A stretch of 53,949 nt of DNA. Origin: an uncultured bacterium (GTDB lineage: Bacteria; Gemmatimonadota; Gemmatimonadetes; Palauibacterales; Palauibacteraceae). This document shows positions 16,477 to 28,348 of this stretch, one piece after another. Location: positions 1 to 53,949 of the forward strand of contig CBDTXM010000001.1 of assembly GCA_965364445.1 (NCBI GenBank), given 5' to 3'. Below the pieces are notes generated by a model, which saw only the letters and a program-made list of their open reading frames with translations, searched no databases and was not told the DNA's origin. A program made the translations under genes and the position numbers. How positions within the stretch are numbered: position 1 is the first letter of the stretch; every line of letters starts with the position of its first letter.

Positions 16477-17069
16477 TCGGTCGGGTGCGCGGTGCGCTGG
16501 TCGAGGTGAAAGCCGACCGGGTTACGCTGATGACCCCCGGTGGAGTCGGCTACGTCCTGCATGTGCCGACAGGCGTATTCGAGGCCCTGCCCGCGATCGG
16601 TGAGACCGTCGAGCTGTACGCAACCCTCGCGGTGCGCGAGGACACGCTCCTCCTGTTCGGATTCGTCACCGACCGCGACCGGGACCTGTTTCTGCGACTG
16701 CGAACCGTGTCAGGGGTGGGGCCGATGCTGTCGCTGGCGATTCTGAGCGCGTTGCCGGCCCGCCGCGTGGTCGGAGCGATCCGATCCAGGGAGGCCGCGG
16801 TCCTGCAGACCGTGAGCGGGGTCGGAAAGAAGACGGCGGAGCGTCTCGTTCTCGAGCTCTCGGACAAGCTCGACGACCTGGGATGGCGAGACGATGGAGT
16901 CCGGACCGGAGCCGGGCCCGGAGGTGTGGCGGAAGCGCTGGAGGCACTTCGGGCCCTCGGATATTCAGCCGCCGAGGCCGAGTCGGCCGTGGCGGCGGCC
17001 CGCCGTGAAGCCGCTCCCGAAATCCTCGAAATCGAGGCGCTGATCCGGGCAGCGTTACGCCACCTCTGA
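16473..17069 (+). CDS. ruvA: Holliday junction branch migration protein RuvA
   Basis: ATG 16473 overlaps the ruvC TGA (ATGA). MIGRVRGALVEVKADRVTLMTPGGVGYVLHVP, plus HhH motifs (VSGVGPMLSLAIL, VSGVGKKTAERL). The track ORF start at 16056 is an out-of-context extension. Confidence 0.9.
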   Translation: MIGRVRGALVEVKADRVTLMTPGGVGYVLHVPTGVFEALPAIGETVELYATLAVREDTLLLFGFVTDRDRDLFLRLRTVSGVGPMLSLAILSALPARRVVGAIRSREAAVLQTVSGVGKKTAERLVLELSDKLDDLGWRDDGVRTGAGPGGVAEALEALRALGYSAAEAESAVAAARREAAPEILEIEALIRAALRHL

Positions 17070-17123
17070 TGTGGACGAGGACCGCCGGGCGATATCTGCC
17101 CGATCGCCGATGACGGAGTTGAG

Positions 17124-18156
17124 ATGACGGAGAGGATCGAGGTGACGACGCCGGATCCGCTTGCCGGGGAGGAGACCCTGGAGCAGTCGCTCCGGCCCGC
17201 CCGGCTGGCGGAATTCGTCGGACAGGAAAAGGTGAAGGAGGCGCTGGACGTCTATATCCGGGCGGCGCTCGGGCGAGAGGAAGCGCTGGACCATGCCCTG
17301 TTCTTCGGGCCTCCGGGCCTCGGCAAGACGACGCTGGCCATCCTCATGGCCCGCGAGCTGGGGGTGAACATCAAGATCACCTCGGGTCCCGTTCTCGAGA
17401 AGCCGGGCGACCTCGCCGCGCTGCTCACCAATCTCGAGCCGCGCGACATTCTGTTCATCGACGAGATCCATCGGTTGCGGCCCGTGATCGAGGAGTATCT
17501 CTATCCGGCCATGGAGGACTACCGGATCGAGATCCGGCTGAGCGACGGCGCGCGCGCCCAGACCGTCTCGATGCGGATCGAGAAGTTCACGCTCGTCGGG
17601 GCCACGACGCGTTTCGGGCTGCTCACGGCTCCGATGCGGGCGAGATTCGGTGTGGTCGAGCGGCTCGGCTACTATCCGGCAGACGATCTGCTGAAGATCG
17701 TCACCCGGTCGGCGTCGATCCTCGGCGTTCCGGTCCGCGAGGACGGCGCGGGAGAGATCGCCCGTCGCTCCCGTGGGACCCCTCGGATCGCCAATCGGCT
17801 TCTTCGCCGGGTGCGAGACTTCGCCGAGGTGCGAGGCGATGGGACGGTCGACGGTCCGACTGCCCGATCCGCCCTCGAAATGCTGAACGTGGACGAGTAC
17901 GGCCTGGACGAGATGGACGGCCGCATTCTCAAGGCGATCATCGAGAACTTCGACGGGGGTCCGGTCGGGCTGAATTCGCTGGCGGTCGCGGTCGGCGAAG
18001 ATGCCTCGACGCTGGAGGAAGTGTACGAGCCGTACCTGATCCAGACCGGATATCTTCAGCGGACTGCACGCGGTCGAACGGCTACTCGAAGGGCATTCGA
18101 GCGCTTCGGGTACGCCCTTCCGGATGCGGATGAGCCGCAATCCACACTGTTCGGTG

Positions 18157-18167
<11 letters not shown>
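17124..18167 (+). CDS. ruvB: Holliday junction DNA helicase RuvB
   Basis: [17 protein letters not shown], Walker [12 protein letters not shown], Walker B FIDEIHRL, and [17 protein letters not shown]. Confidence 0.97.
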
Positions 18168-20413
<2,246 letters not shown>

Positions 20414-20437
20414 TTCACGACCGACGATGGAGGAATC

Positions 20438-20764
20438 GTGCCGACAGTACAGATGTTGATCCTGCAGGCCTCGGGCACTCCGCAGGGGCAGAGCCCGTTC
20501 GGCATGTTGTTCATGTTCGCGGCGATCTTCGCGATCTTCTATTTCCTGCTGATCCGACCGCAGAAGCAGCAGCAGAAGGCCCACGCGGAGATGGTGGCAC
20601 AGCTGTCGAAGGGTGACGAGGTCGAGACGATCGGAGGAATCGTCGGGAAGATCGTGCACCTGACGGACGACCGCGTCACGATCCGGTCGGCCGGAGACAC
20701 GCGTCTCGAAGTCGATCGATCGAAGGTCGGACGCAAGTTCACTTCCGACGGCTCGGACAGCTGA
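20438..20764 (+). CDS. yajC: Preprotein translocase subunit YajC
   Basis: 108 aa with a GTG start. One TM (LFMFAAIFAIFYFLLIRPQKQQQK) followed by GDEVETIGGIVGKIV, the classic YajC pattern. It lies downstream of tgt, as in many bacteria. Confidence 0.87.
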   Translation: MPTVQMLILQASGTPQGQSPFGMLFMFAAIFAIFYFLLIRPQKQQQKAHAEMVAQLSKGDEVETIGGIVGKIVHLTDDRVTIRSAGDTRLEVDRSKVGRKFTSDGSDS

Positions 20765-20766
20765 AA

Positions 20767-21288
20767 ATGGCCGTGCGAGAGATCCGCGTGCTGGGCGATC
20801 CTGCCCTGCGCGCGCAGTGCGAGGAGGTCAGGGAAGTCGACGAGGAGGTCCGGCGACTGGTGGACGACCTGATCGAAACGATGGATGCCGCCGATGGGAT
20901 CGGACTTGCGGCGCCGCAGGTCGGGATTCCGTTGCGAGTGTTCGTGTATGACGTCCGGGACCCGGAGATCGAACCGGGCGTTCTGATCAACCCTCGCATC
21001 GTGGAGGCCGGGGGAACGGTCCGGGACACCGAGGGCTGTCTCAGCATTCCGGGGTTCAACGAGACGGTAGAGCGCTACGCGACCGTCGTGGTCGAGGGTC
21101 TGGACCGCGAGGGCAGGGAGATCCGCATCGAGGCGGGAGACCTTCTCAGCCGCTGCCTGCAGCACGAATACGATCATCTCGACGGAGTCCTGTTCATCGA
21201 CCGTTTGAGCCCGCTGAAGCGCCGGATGCTGCTGAACAAGTGGGCGAAGCTGGACGAGTCGGAGAGACGTCCGGCCACCGCCGTCTGA
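20767..21288 (+). CDS. def: Peptide deformylase
   Basis: Motifs GIGLAAPQVG, EGCLSIPG and HEYDHLDG. Confidence 0.95.
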   Translation: MAVREIRVLGDPALRAQCEEVREVDEEVRRLVDDLIETMDAADGIGLAAPQVGIPLRVFVYDVRDPEIEPGVLINPRIVEAGGTVRDTEGCLSIPGFNETVERYATVVVEGLDREGREIRIEAGDLLSRCLQHEYDHLDGVLFIDRLSPLKRRMLLNKWAKLDESERRPATAV

Positions 21289-21353
21289 CACGCACGGGGC
21301 TCTCCCGACCGGAGCCCGGTCCAACACCTACCGCTCATCGCCGGGAGAGGCAG

Positions 21354-22298
21354 ATGCGGATCCTGTTCTGGGGAACTCCCGAATTCGCAGTTCCATCGTT
21401 GCGTGCGCTGCAGGAAGAGGGACATGCGGTCCTGGCGGTCGTCACCCAGCCGGATCGTCCGGCGGGCAGGGGCCGGCAATTGCGGGAGAGTCCCGTGAAG
21501 CGCGAGGCGGAACGGGAGGGCATCCCGGTTCTGCAGCCCGAGAATCCGCGAGACGAGGCGTTTCAGGCTGAGCTCCAGGCCCTCGAGCCGGATCTTTCGG
21601 TCGTGGCCGCCTATGGTCATATCCTGACGGACGACGTACTCGCGCTGCCGCGCTTGGGATCGGTGAATGTTCATGCCTCGCTGCTGCCGGCGCTGCGCGG
21701 CGCCGCACCCGTGAACTGGGCGATCATCCACGGACACTCGCATTCCGGCGTTACGATCATGAGGATGGTCCGGGAGCTCGACGCCGGACCGATCCTGTAT
21801 CGAGTGGCGACGCCCCTGCCCGACGACATCAGTGCGGGCGAGCTGTACCTGATGCTCAGCGAGATGGGTGCCACCGCGCTGATCGAGGCACTCGCGCAGA
21901 TGGAGGCGGGCGTACTCGAGGAGACCGAACAGGAACACGAACGCGCGACGTACGCACCGAAGCTCGCCAGGGATGACGCCCGCGTGGCCTGGGCACTCGA
22001 TGCAGAGGAACTGCAGCGCTGGATTCGCGGGTGCGACCCGTGGCCGGCAGCCTGGTCGAAGCTCGACGACGAGCCCGTCCAGTTGTTCCGACCGGAAGTC
22101 GTCGAGGAAGACCAGGAGACCGCTCCGTCGGCGGCACCCGGGACGGTCCTGCGAGCGGACGCGCGCCACGGCCTCGAGGTGGCCACGGGCGGCGGAAGAT
22201 TGCGTATCGGTGAGGTCAAGCCCGCCGGCAAGGGACGGATGCCTGCATCTGCCTGGATCGCCGGCCGAGGCGTAGCGGAGGGCGACCGATTCCACTGA
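21354..22298 (+). CDS. fmt: Methionyl-tRNA formyltransferase
   Basis: MRILFWGTPEFAVPSL N-terminus and HASLLPALRGAAPVNWAI (SLLP motif). The track start at 21240 overlaps def. Confidence 0.93.
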   Translation: MRILFWGTPEFAVPSLRALQEEGHAVLAVVTQPDRPAGRGRQLRESPVKREAEREGIPVLQPENPRDEAFQAELQALEPDLSVVAAYGHILTDDVLALPRLGSVNVHASLLPALRGAAPVNWAIIHGHSHSGVTIMRMVRELDAGPILYRVATPLPDDISAGELYLMLSEMGATALIEALAQMEAGVLEETEQEHERATYAPKLARDDARVAWALDAEELQRWIRGCDPWPAAWSKLDDEPVQLFRPEVVEEDQETAPSAAPGTVLRADARHGLEVATGGGRLRIGEVKPAGKGRMPASAWIAGRGVAEGDRFH

Positions 22299-22375
22299 TC
22301 CGTCCTCGAGCCGTACCGGGTCTCCACGTCATCTGTTCGGACGACCAGATCGAGCGTGAGGATGCTTCGTCGAGA

Positions 22376-23149
22376 ATGTCCGCGTTGTACGAGGCGGGGG
22401 GTGATGCGCTCGCGCTGCACCTGAGACCCCGGAGCGCTTCCGTCCGCCGATGTTGGGAACTGGCAGGCACGCTCACGCCGGTAGCGGCCCGGACCGGTGG
22501 CTGGATCGTGATCAACGGGCGGACGGACGTGGCGAAGCTGGTCGATGCCGATGCGGTCCAGCTGGGACACGGGGCGTTGCCGATCGACGCCGCCCGCGAA
22601 TTGCTCGGGCGCGATTGCGCGATCGGGGTCTCGGTCCATTCGGAGCAGGAGGCCCGCCAGGCGGATGAGGCGGGAGCAGACTTCCTGCTGCTGGGTACGA
22701 TCTTCCCGACGGCGAGTCATCCCGGAGAACCGGGATCTGGAGTCTCGATCATCCGTGGCTGCGCCGGACTGACAGCTCCCGTGATCGCGATCGGAGGGAT
22801 CGACGAGCGCCGCATCTCGACCGTAGTCGAGGCTGGTGCGTCCGGCGTGGCCGTGATCCGGGCCGTGTGGGACGACGACGAACCGGCAGACGCCGTGCGA
22901 CGGCTGATCGCGGAACTGGACATCGCGGGACGGAGGAACGGAATTCGGATGCGCATCGAGGTCAACGGAAAGCCGATCGATCTGAGGTCGAGCGGCACGG
23001 TGAAGGACCTTCTCGACGAGCTCGGCCTGGATCCCCGGATGGTCGTGGTCGAGAGAAACCGTGAGATCGTGCGGCGCGATGATCTGGGTGCCGTCCGGGT
23101 GGTCGCGGGCGACTCTTACGAAATCGTCCAGTTCGTGGGCGGCGGCTGA
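22376..23149 (+). CDS. thiE: Thiamine-phosphate synthase (ThiE) reading straight into a ThiS-like sulfur carrier module (one open frame)
   Basis: ThiE-like body ([38 protein letters not shown]). There is no stop before [12 protein letters not shown]...VQFVGGG. ThiE-like sequence (LHVICSDDQI) continues in-frame upstream of ATG 22376 to at least 22322, where no ATG/GTG/TTG exists, so the true start is unresolved. Confidence 0.8.
   Translation: MSALYEAGGDALALHLRPRSASVRRCWELAGTLTPVAARTGGWIVINGRTDVAKLVDADAVQLGHGALPIDAARELLGRDCAIGVSVHSEQEARQADEAGADFLLLGTIFPTASHPGEPGSGVSIIRGCAGLTAPVIAIGGIDERRISTVVEAGASGVAVIRAVWDDDEPADAVRRLIAELDIAGRRNGIRMRIEVNGKPIDLRSSGTVKDLLDELGLDPRMVVVERNREIVRRDDLGAVRVVAGDSYEIVQFVGGG
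22949..23149 (+). CDS. thiS: ThiS-like sulfur carrier (66 aa, C-terminal GG), in frame with thiE
   Basis: [27 protein letters not shown]...[10 protein letters not shown]-stop. The size, beta-grasp-like pattern and terminal Gly-Gly are typical of ThiS. It could be translated from its own ATG 22949 or as a fusion. Confidence 0.6.
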   Translation: MRIEVNGKPIDLRSSGTVKDLLDELGLDPRMVVVERNREIVRRDDLGAVRVVAGDSYEIVQFVGGG

Positions 23150-23207
23150 CCCGGCGCGGACGCACATTCAACCACTTGCACCCCGAACTTCGGGGGAGGA
23201 AACGGGC

Positions 23208-24011
23208 ATGACGGTTCGTACCATGGAAGATCTGCCGGCCGGCGATCCTCTGATCATAGCGGAACGGCAGTTCACTTCCCGTCTGATCGTGGGCACCGGG
23301 AAGTACGGGAGTCACCAGGAGACGGTGGACGCGCTCCGTGCCTCGGGCGCCGAAATGGTCACGGTAGCAGTGCGCCGGGTGGACCTGGACGCGACGAACG
23401 AGAAGAGCCTGCTTCATCACCTCGATCCCGAGGAGTTCTTCCTGCTCCCGAATACGGCGGGGTGTTTCACTGCCGAGGATGCGATCCGATACGCTCGCCT
23501 GGGCCGGGAGGTGGGACTCTCGAGCTGGGTGAAGCTGGAGGTGATCGGTGACCAGGAGACGCTCCTGCCCGATACCGAAGCCCTGCTCGAGGCCACGCGG
23601 GTACTCGTGGATGAAGGATTCACGGTCTTGCCCTACACGAACGATGATCTGATCACGGCGCTGCGCCTGGAGGAGGCGGGGGCGGCGGCGGTCATGCCGC
23701 TGGCGTCGCCGATCGGAAGCGGACTCGGGCTCCTGAACCCGATCAACATCCGTATCCTCAAGGCGCGACTTTCGGTCCCGGTGATCGTGGATGCCGGGGT
23801 GGGGACCGCCTCCGATGCCTGTCTGACGATGGAGCAGGGCGTAGACGGCATCCTGATGAACACGGCGCTGGCGGCCGCAGAGCGTCCCGTCCTGATGGCG
23901 GGGGCGATGAGAGAGGCAGTCCGCGCCGGGCGCGCCGCCTGGCTGGCCGGGCGCATGCCGACGCGGGAGTGGGCGGTGCCGTCGAGTCCTTCGACCGGAA
24001 TGCTCGGCTGA
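23208..24011 (+). CDS. thiG: Thiazole synthase ThiG
   Basis: [44 protein letters not shown], and [25 protein letters not shown] before ATG 23208. Confidence 0.93.
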   Translation: MTVRTMEDLPAGDPLIIAERQFTSRLIVGTGKYGSHQETVDALRASGAEMVTVAVRRVDLDATNEKSLLHHLDPEEFFLLPNTAGCFTAEDAIRYARLGREVGLSSWVKLEVIGDQETLLPDTEALLEATRVLVDEGFTVLPYTNDDLITALRLEEAGAAAVMPLASPIGSGLGLLNPINIRILKARLSVPVIVDAGVGTASDACLTMEQGVDGILMNTALAAAERPVLMAGAMREAVRAGRAAWLAGRMPTREWAVPSSPSTGMLG

Positions 24012-24015
24012 AGCG

Positions 24016-25365
24016 GTGGTGAGCCGCCGCGATCGCGAGGGGGGCGGTCCGGGCGTCGAGGTCAGAACAGCCGCGTACCGGGTGCTGTCGGACGTGCGAA
24101 GAGGGTCATACGCGGATCGCGCAGCTGCGGATCGCTTCCGCGGCCTCAAGGGCAGGGACCGGGCTCTCGCCCAGGAACTGGCATACGGTACGATCCGCCT
24201 TCGGAACCGACTGGATGCGGAGCTCGCAGTCCTGGTCGATCGGCCGCTACCGACGCTGGATCCATCCCTGCTGGACTGGTTGCGTCTCGGGCTCTACCAG
24301 GTCCGCGAGACCCGGATTCCTCCACACGCCGCCGTGCATGCGACCGTAGAGGGTGCGAGGAACGAGCTGGGCCGCGGCCCGTCGGGTCTCGCGAATGCCG
24401 TGCTGCGACGGGCCGGTCGAGAGGCCCGCGATCCGGCTGCGTTTCCCGATCCGGAGACCCGGCCCGAGGCGTGGCTGGCCACTTTCGGATCGCACCCCGC
24501 GTGGCTGATCCGACGGTGGCTTGCACGGTGGCCGCTTGCCGAGGTGCGTCGGCTCGTGGAGAATGACAATCGTGCGCCGTCCGTCACGTTGCGGTTGCTC
24601 GAATCCCGGGAACGGGAATTCGAGCCGGGTGAATCGAACTCGGACCGTTCACTCGAGCCACTGCCGGATTGGCCGGGCATGGTGCGGCTCCTGGACGGAG
24701 ACCCGGCCCGGGTGCTGGCGCGCCGCACGGCGATCGCACAGGACCCTGCCGCCTCGGCCGTGGTAGATTTTGTCGGCCCGCAGATCGAGGGACCCGTTCT
24801 GGACGCGTGCGCGGCGCCCGGAGGCAAGGCGGCCGCCCTCGCGAAGCTGGCTTCGGGTGCGCGACCGTTCGTGGCGGCGGATGCAGGAGTCGCGAGAACG
24901 CGAATCGCGGCAGCGACTCTGCGGCGCACCGGTTCGGACGCGCGACCGGTGACGATGGACGCGCGTCGTCCGGCGATCAGATCGGCCCGCACCGTGCTGC
25001 TGGATGCTCCCTGTTCGGGAACAGGTGTCCTGCGGCGCAGGCCGGACGCGCGGTGGCGGATTTCGGAACGACGACTGGACTCGCTTCGCGCCCTGCAGGC
25101 CGATCTGCTGGATAGCTGTGCGGAGCTGCTCGAGCCGGGCGGATTGCTGGTGTACTCGACCTGCTCGCTCGAGCCCGAGGAGAATCAGGTGCAGGTGGAA
25201 TCGTTCCTGGCTCGCACGCCGGAATTCGCGCGCGAGCCGGCGTCCGGGTTGACGGGACGCGTTGAGGAGTGCCTTACGGAGTGCGGCGACCTGGAAGTCC
25301 TGCCATTCCGGACGGGAACCGATGGGGCATTTGCGAGCCGACTGAGAAAAGGCGACGACGGATGA
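24016..25365 (+). CDS. rsmB: 16S rRNA (cytosine-C5)-methyltransferase RsmB/Sun family
   Basis: NusB-like N-terminal region. SAM-MTase motifs DACAAPGGKA and DAPCSGTGVLRRRPD, with catalytic TCS (YSTCSLEPEEN). Confidence 0.88.
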   Translation: MVSRRDREGGGPGVEVRTAAYRVLSDVRRGSYADRAAADRFRGLKGRDRALAQELAYGTIRLRNRLDAELAVLVDRPLPTLDPSLLDWLRLGLYQVRETRIPPHAAVHATVEGARNELGRGPSGLANAVLRRAGREARDPAAFPDPETRPEAWLATFGSHPAWLIRRWLARWPLAEVRRLVENDNRAPSVTLRLLESREREFEPGESNSDRSLEPLPDWPGMVRLLDGDPARVLARRTAIAQDPAASAVVDFVGPQIEGPVLDACAAPGGKAAALAKLASGARPFVAADAGVARTRIAAATLRRTGSDARPVTMDARRPAIRSARTVLLDAPCSGTGVLRRRPDARWRISERRLDSLRALQADLLDSCAELLEPGGLLVYSTCSLEPEENQVQVESFLARTPEFAREPASGLTGRVEECLTECGDLEVLPFRTGTDGAFASRLRKGDDG

Positions 25366-26297
25366 CATACAGGCGGAGGCGGGGGCTCAGGCGGAGCCGT
25401 ACGCCACAGCGCGAGTCGAAAACCGCAGGGGCGGATTCGTCGAATCCGGCCGGCCGGGAAACGGGTCCGGCATCGAGCCCCTGGAAGCGCTGGTTTGGAA
25501 CCGGGTTGCTGATCGCAGGGTTGTTCCTCGCCGGGTACCTCGGTGCGAGCCTGTGGCTTCCCTCCGAGAATGGACCTGCCGACGCAGGACCGCTCGTCAC
25601 CGTTCCAGAACTCGTGGGCCTCGATGACCTGGAGGCGCGGCAGAGTCTCGAGAAGCTCGGGCTCGAATACGGGATCCGCTCGACGGTGTCGCATCCGCGG
25701 GCCCCCGAGGGTGCGGTGCTGGCGCAGAGCCCGATTCCGGGACAGGCGGTGCGTCCGGGCGCACCGGTGGAGGTGACGCTCAGCCGGGGGCCCGACCGGC
25801 ATTCGATTCCCGATGTATCGGGTCTCACCGAGAGACAGGCCTCGATTCTCCTCGAACGGCTCGGATTCCGCGTCGCGGCGGAGACGGCAACGCACCCGAG
25901 CGAGGCGGGTCGAGCGATTCGTACCGAACCGGAAGCGGGCACCGAACTGACCGTTCCGGCCGACGTGACCCTGCTGGTGAGCCGGGGCTCGCCGCTCACG
26001 ACCGTGCCGGTGCTCTCCGGACGCTTCATCGACGACGCAAGGGGTATCCTGGAATCATCGGGGCTCGTGCTGGGGGCGATCAGCTACGACCCGATGTCAC
26101 TCGACGCGCCGGGCACGATCGTCGGCCAGTATCCGCCCGGGGGATACGGACTGAGACGAGGGGACCCCGTCGAGATTCGGGTCGCTGGACGTCCACGGAC
26201 GGTCGATCGCACTCGCATGCGACCCGTGGACGGGGACGGACAGGAACAGGGTCGCCCGGATGACTCTGCGGATTCCGACGGACCTGAGGAGCTCTGA
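25362..26297 (+). CDS. Single-pass membrane protein with three PASTA-like repeats and no kinase or transpeptidase domain
   Basis: ATG 25362 overlaps the rsmB TGA. It has a basic N-tail, a TM (GLLIAGLFLAGYLGASLW), then three repeats of about 65 aa of the form V-P-x-L/V-x-G-x4-A-x3-L-x3-G-L/F ... V-x-L-x-V/S-S-R-G. Confidence 0.78.
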   Translation: MTYRRRRGLRRSRTPQRESKTAGADSSNPAGRETGPASSPWKRWFGTGLLIAGLFLAGYLGASLWLPSENGPADAGPLVTVPELVGLDDLEARQSLEKLGLEYGIRSTVSHPRAPEGAVLAQSPIPGQAVRPGAPVEVTLSRGPDRHSIPDVSGLTERQASILLERLGFRVAAETATHPSEAGRAIRTEPEAGTELTVPADVTLLVSRGSPLTTVPVLSGRFIDDARGILESSGLVLGAISYDPMSLDAPGTIVGQYPPGGYGLRRGDPVEIRVAGRPRTVDRTRMRPVDGDGQEQGRPDDSADSDGPEEL

Positions 26298-26303
26298 GCC
26301 AGC

Positions 26304-27233
26304 GTGAATCTGCGAACGGCAATCTTCTCGAACTGGGGCTACAAGCTCGCGGCCTTCGTCATCGTGTTGCTGCTCTGGCTGAGTCTGAGTGCGGATGAGC
26401 GACAGTCTCAGCCGGTACGGACCCTCGTGACCGTCGAGGTGCTCGACTCGGCGTGGGTCCTCGTCAACGCGCCGACCGAGATCAGCACCACCTTCCAGGG
26501 TCGGAATCGGGACCTGGCCGCCCTCCTGGTAAACGTACCGGAGATCCCGATCGTGATCGACTCCGTTCCCGATACCGGAATGCAGGTGGAACTCGACCTC
26601 TCGCGCGTGCGATACGACCGTGAGCTCGATGTTCGTCCTACCTCCGTCGTGCCTCGATCTCTGGACCTGCAATTCGAGCGCAGGGCGGAGCGGCGAGTGC
26701 CGGTTGTGGCAGAGATCGACGCGATTCCCGCGACGGGATTCACGATCCTGCGGCCGATCCTGGTGTCGCCGGACACCGTGACCGTGCGCGGACCGGCTTC
26801 GGAGGTGGAAAGCATCACGCGGGTCGCCACTCGCCGGATCCAGCTCGAAGAGGTCGCGAACACCATCATGCGGGACCTGCCGATCGAGCTTCCCACGGGA
26901 GTGAGAAGCGTCAGCGTGGATCCTGCGTCTGCGCTCGTCACGGTGGAGGTCGATTCGCTCCTCATTCTGACGCGCCGCGTGCCCGTTCGGCTGGTTGGCC
27001 CGGGAACCGAAGGTCTCCTCGTCACACCCGACAGCGTCGATGCCGTGATTCGCGGTGCGGCGAGAGCGGTTCGTCGCCGGCTCCAGGCACTCGAGTACGT
27101 GGAGGCGCGTGCCGAGAGCGTCGAGGATCTACCGACCCGGATTCCCCTTGACCCGGCAATCGCCGACTCGGGCTTCGTTTCGGTTCGGTTCATGCCCCCG
27201 GAAGTCTTCGTTCAGCCCGGACCCTCATCGTGA
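26304..27233 (+). CDS. YbbR (CdaR-like) repeat domain protein, N-terminal TM anchor
   Basis: GTG start. NWGYKLAAFVIVLLLWLSL is the typical YbbR N-terminus. It is followed by repeated beta-rich modules (PVxVxxxG..P.G..V....V.P..V.V.GP). Confidence 0.72.
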   Translation: MNLRTAIFSNWGYKLAAFVIVLLLWLSLSADERQSQPVRTLVTVEVLDSAWVLVNAPTEISTTFQGRNRDLAALLVNVPEIPIVIDSVPDTGMQVELDLSRVRYDRELDVRPTSVVPRSLDLQFERRAERRVPVVAEIDAIPATGFTILRPILVSPDTVTVRGPASEVESITRVATRRIQLEEVANTIMRDLPIELPTGVRSVSVDPASALVTVEVDSLLILTRRVPVRLVGPGTEGLLVTPDSVDAVIRGAARAVRRRLQALEYVEARAESVEDLPTRIPLDPAIADSGFVSVRFMPPEVFVQPGPSS

Positions 27234-28348
27234 GGCCTGCCCCGGTCTTCGGGCCCGTACTGGGCATCGAATCATCCTGCGATGAGACGTCGGCCGCGGT
27301 CGTATCGGACGGGGAGGTGCTCGGGCACGTCATACTCTCGCAGGACGCCCATCAGCGATTTGGCGGCGTCGTTCCCGAGATCGCGGCTCGCGCCCACCTG
27401 AGGCAGCTCGACGCGGTGGTCGAGGCCACCCTCTCGCAGGCCGGATTCGGTGCCGAAGCTCTGACCGGAGTGGGTGTCACGGCCGGGCCCGGCTTGATCG
27501 GCGCGCTACTGGTCGGGTTGAACTGGGCGAAGGGATTCGCCTGGGCACGCGGCTTGCCGCTGCTCGGCGTCCACCACATGGAAGCTCACCTGTTCGCGAA
27601 CTCGCTGGAATCGCCGGGAGCCCGTCCTCCCTTCGTCGCGCTGCTGGTCTCGGGTGGGCACACGTTGCTGCTCTTCGCGGAGGACTGGGGTCGCTACGAG
27701 CTGCTCGGCGAGACGCGCGACGACGCGGCCGGCGAGGCATTCGACAAGGTGGCTCGCCGGCTCGGTCTGGGATATCCGGGCGGACCGGAGATCGAGCGCG
27801 TGAGCCGGGCGGGACAACCCGGGCGATTCACGCTCCCGCGCCCGATGCTCGCCGGACGTGACTCGCCGGGCGACCCCGCATTCTTCGACTTTTCCTTCAG
27901 CGGGCTCAAGACGGCGACCGCGCTGCTGGCCGCCGAGCTGGAAGCGGAGGCGGATACGGGTTTCGAGGACCTGGTCCCCGACCTCGCCGCGGAGTTCCAG
28001 GAAGCCGTGGTCGATACCCTGGTCGGAAAAGTGATGCGGGCCGTTGAATGGTCGGGCTGCCGCCGCGTGCTTCTCGGCGGGGGTGTCGCACGCAACGGAT
28101 CTCTTCGATCGCGGCTCGAGGTCGCCCTGGCATCGCACGGAGGCGAGCTGTTCGCTCCCTCTCCCCGTCTTGCCGCGGACAACGCCGCGATGGTGGCGCG
28201 TCTCGCGGAACACCGTTTGTCGCTGGGAGAACGGTCCGGGCTGGACCTCAACGCCGATCCTTCGCTCGCTTTTCCCGGCCTGTTCAGGCGTGATCCGAAT
28301 GCGCCGCGGCACGGGTCGAATCAAGGAGCCTCATGTATCCGGAACTGA
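27230..28348 (+). CDS. tsaD: tRNA N6-adenosine threonylcarbamoyltransferase TsaD
   Basis: ILGIESSCDETSAAVV, HMEAHL, LLVSGGHT, GEAFDKVAR, and GGVARN. GTG 27230 overlaps the upstream TGA. Confidence 0.93.
   Translation: MRPAPVFGPVLGIESSCDETSAAVVSDGEVLGHVILSQDAHQRFGGVVPEIAARAHLRQLDAVVEATLSQAGFGAEALTGVGVTAGPGLIGALLVGLNWAKGFAWARGLPLLGVHHMEAHLFANSLESPGARPPFVALLVSGGHTLLLFAEDWGRYELLGETRDDAAGEAFDKVARRLGLGYPGGPEIERVSRAGQPGRFTLPRPMLAGRDSPGDPAFFDFSFSGLKTATALLAAELEAEADTGFEDLVPDLAAEFQEAVVDTLVGKVMRAVEWSGCRRVLLGGGVARNGSLRSRLEVALASHGGELFAPSPRLAADNAAMVARLAEHRLSLGERSGLDLNADPSLAFPGLFRRDPNAPRHGSNQGASCIRN

Noticed and set aside
22214-23208. TPP riboswitch ahead of thiE or thiG
   Set aside because: There is no non-coding space before thiE, which abuts fmt, and only 58 nt before thiG. 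I saw no THI-box-like CUGAGA ... ACCUGA arrangement there.
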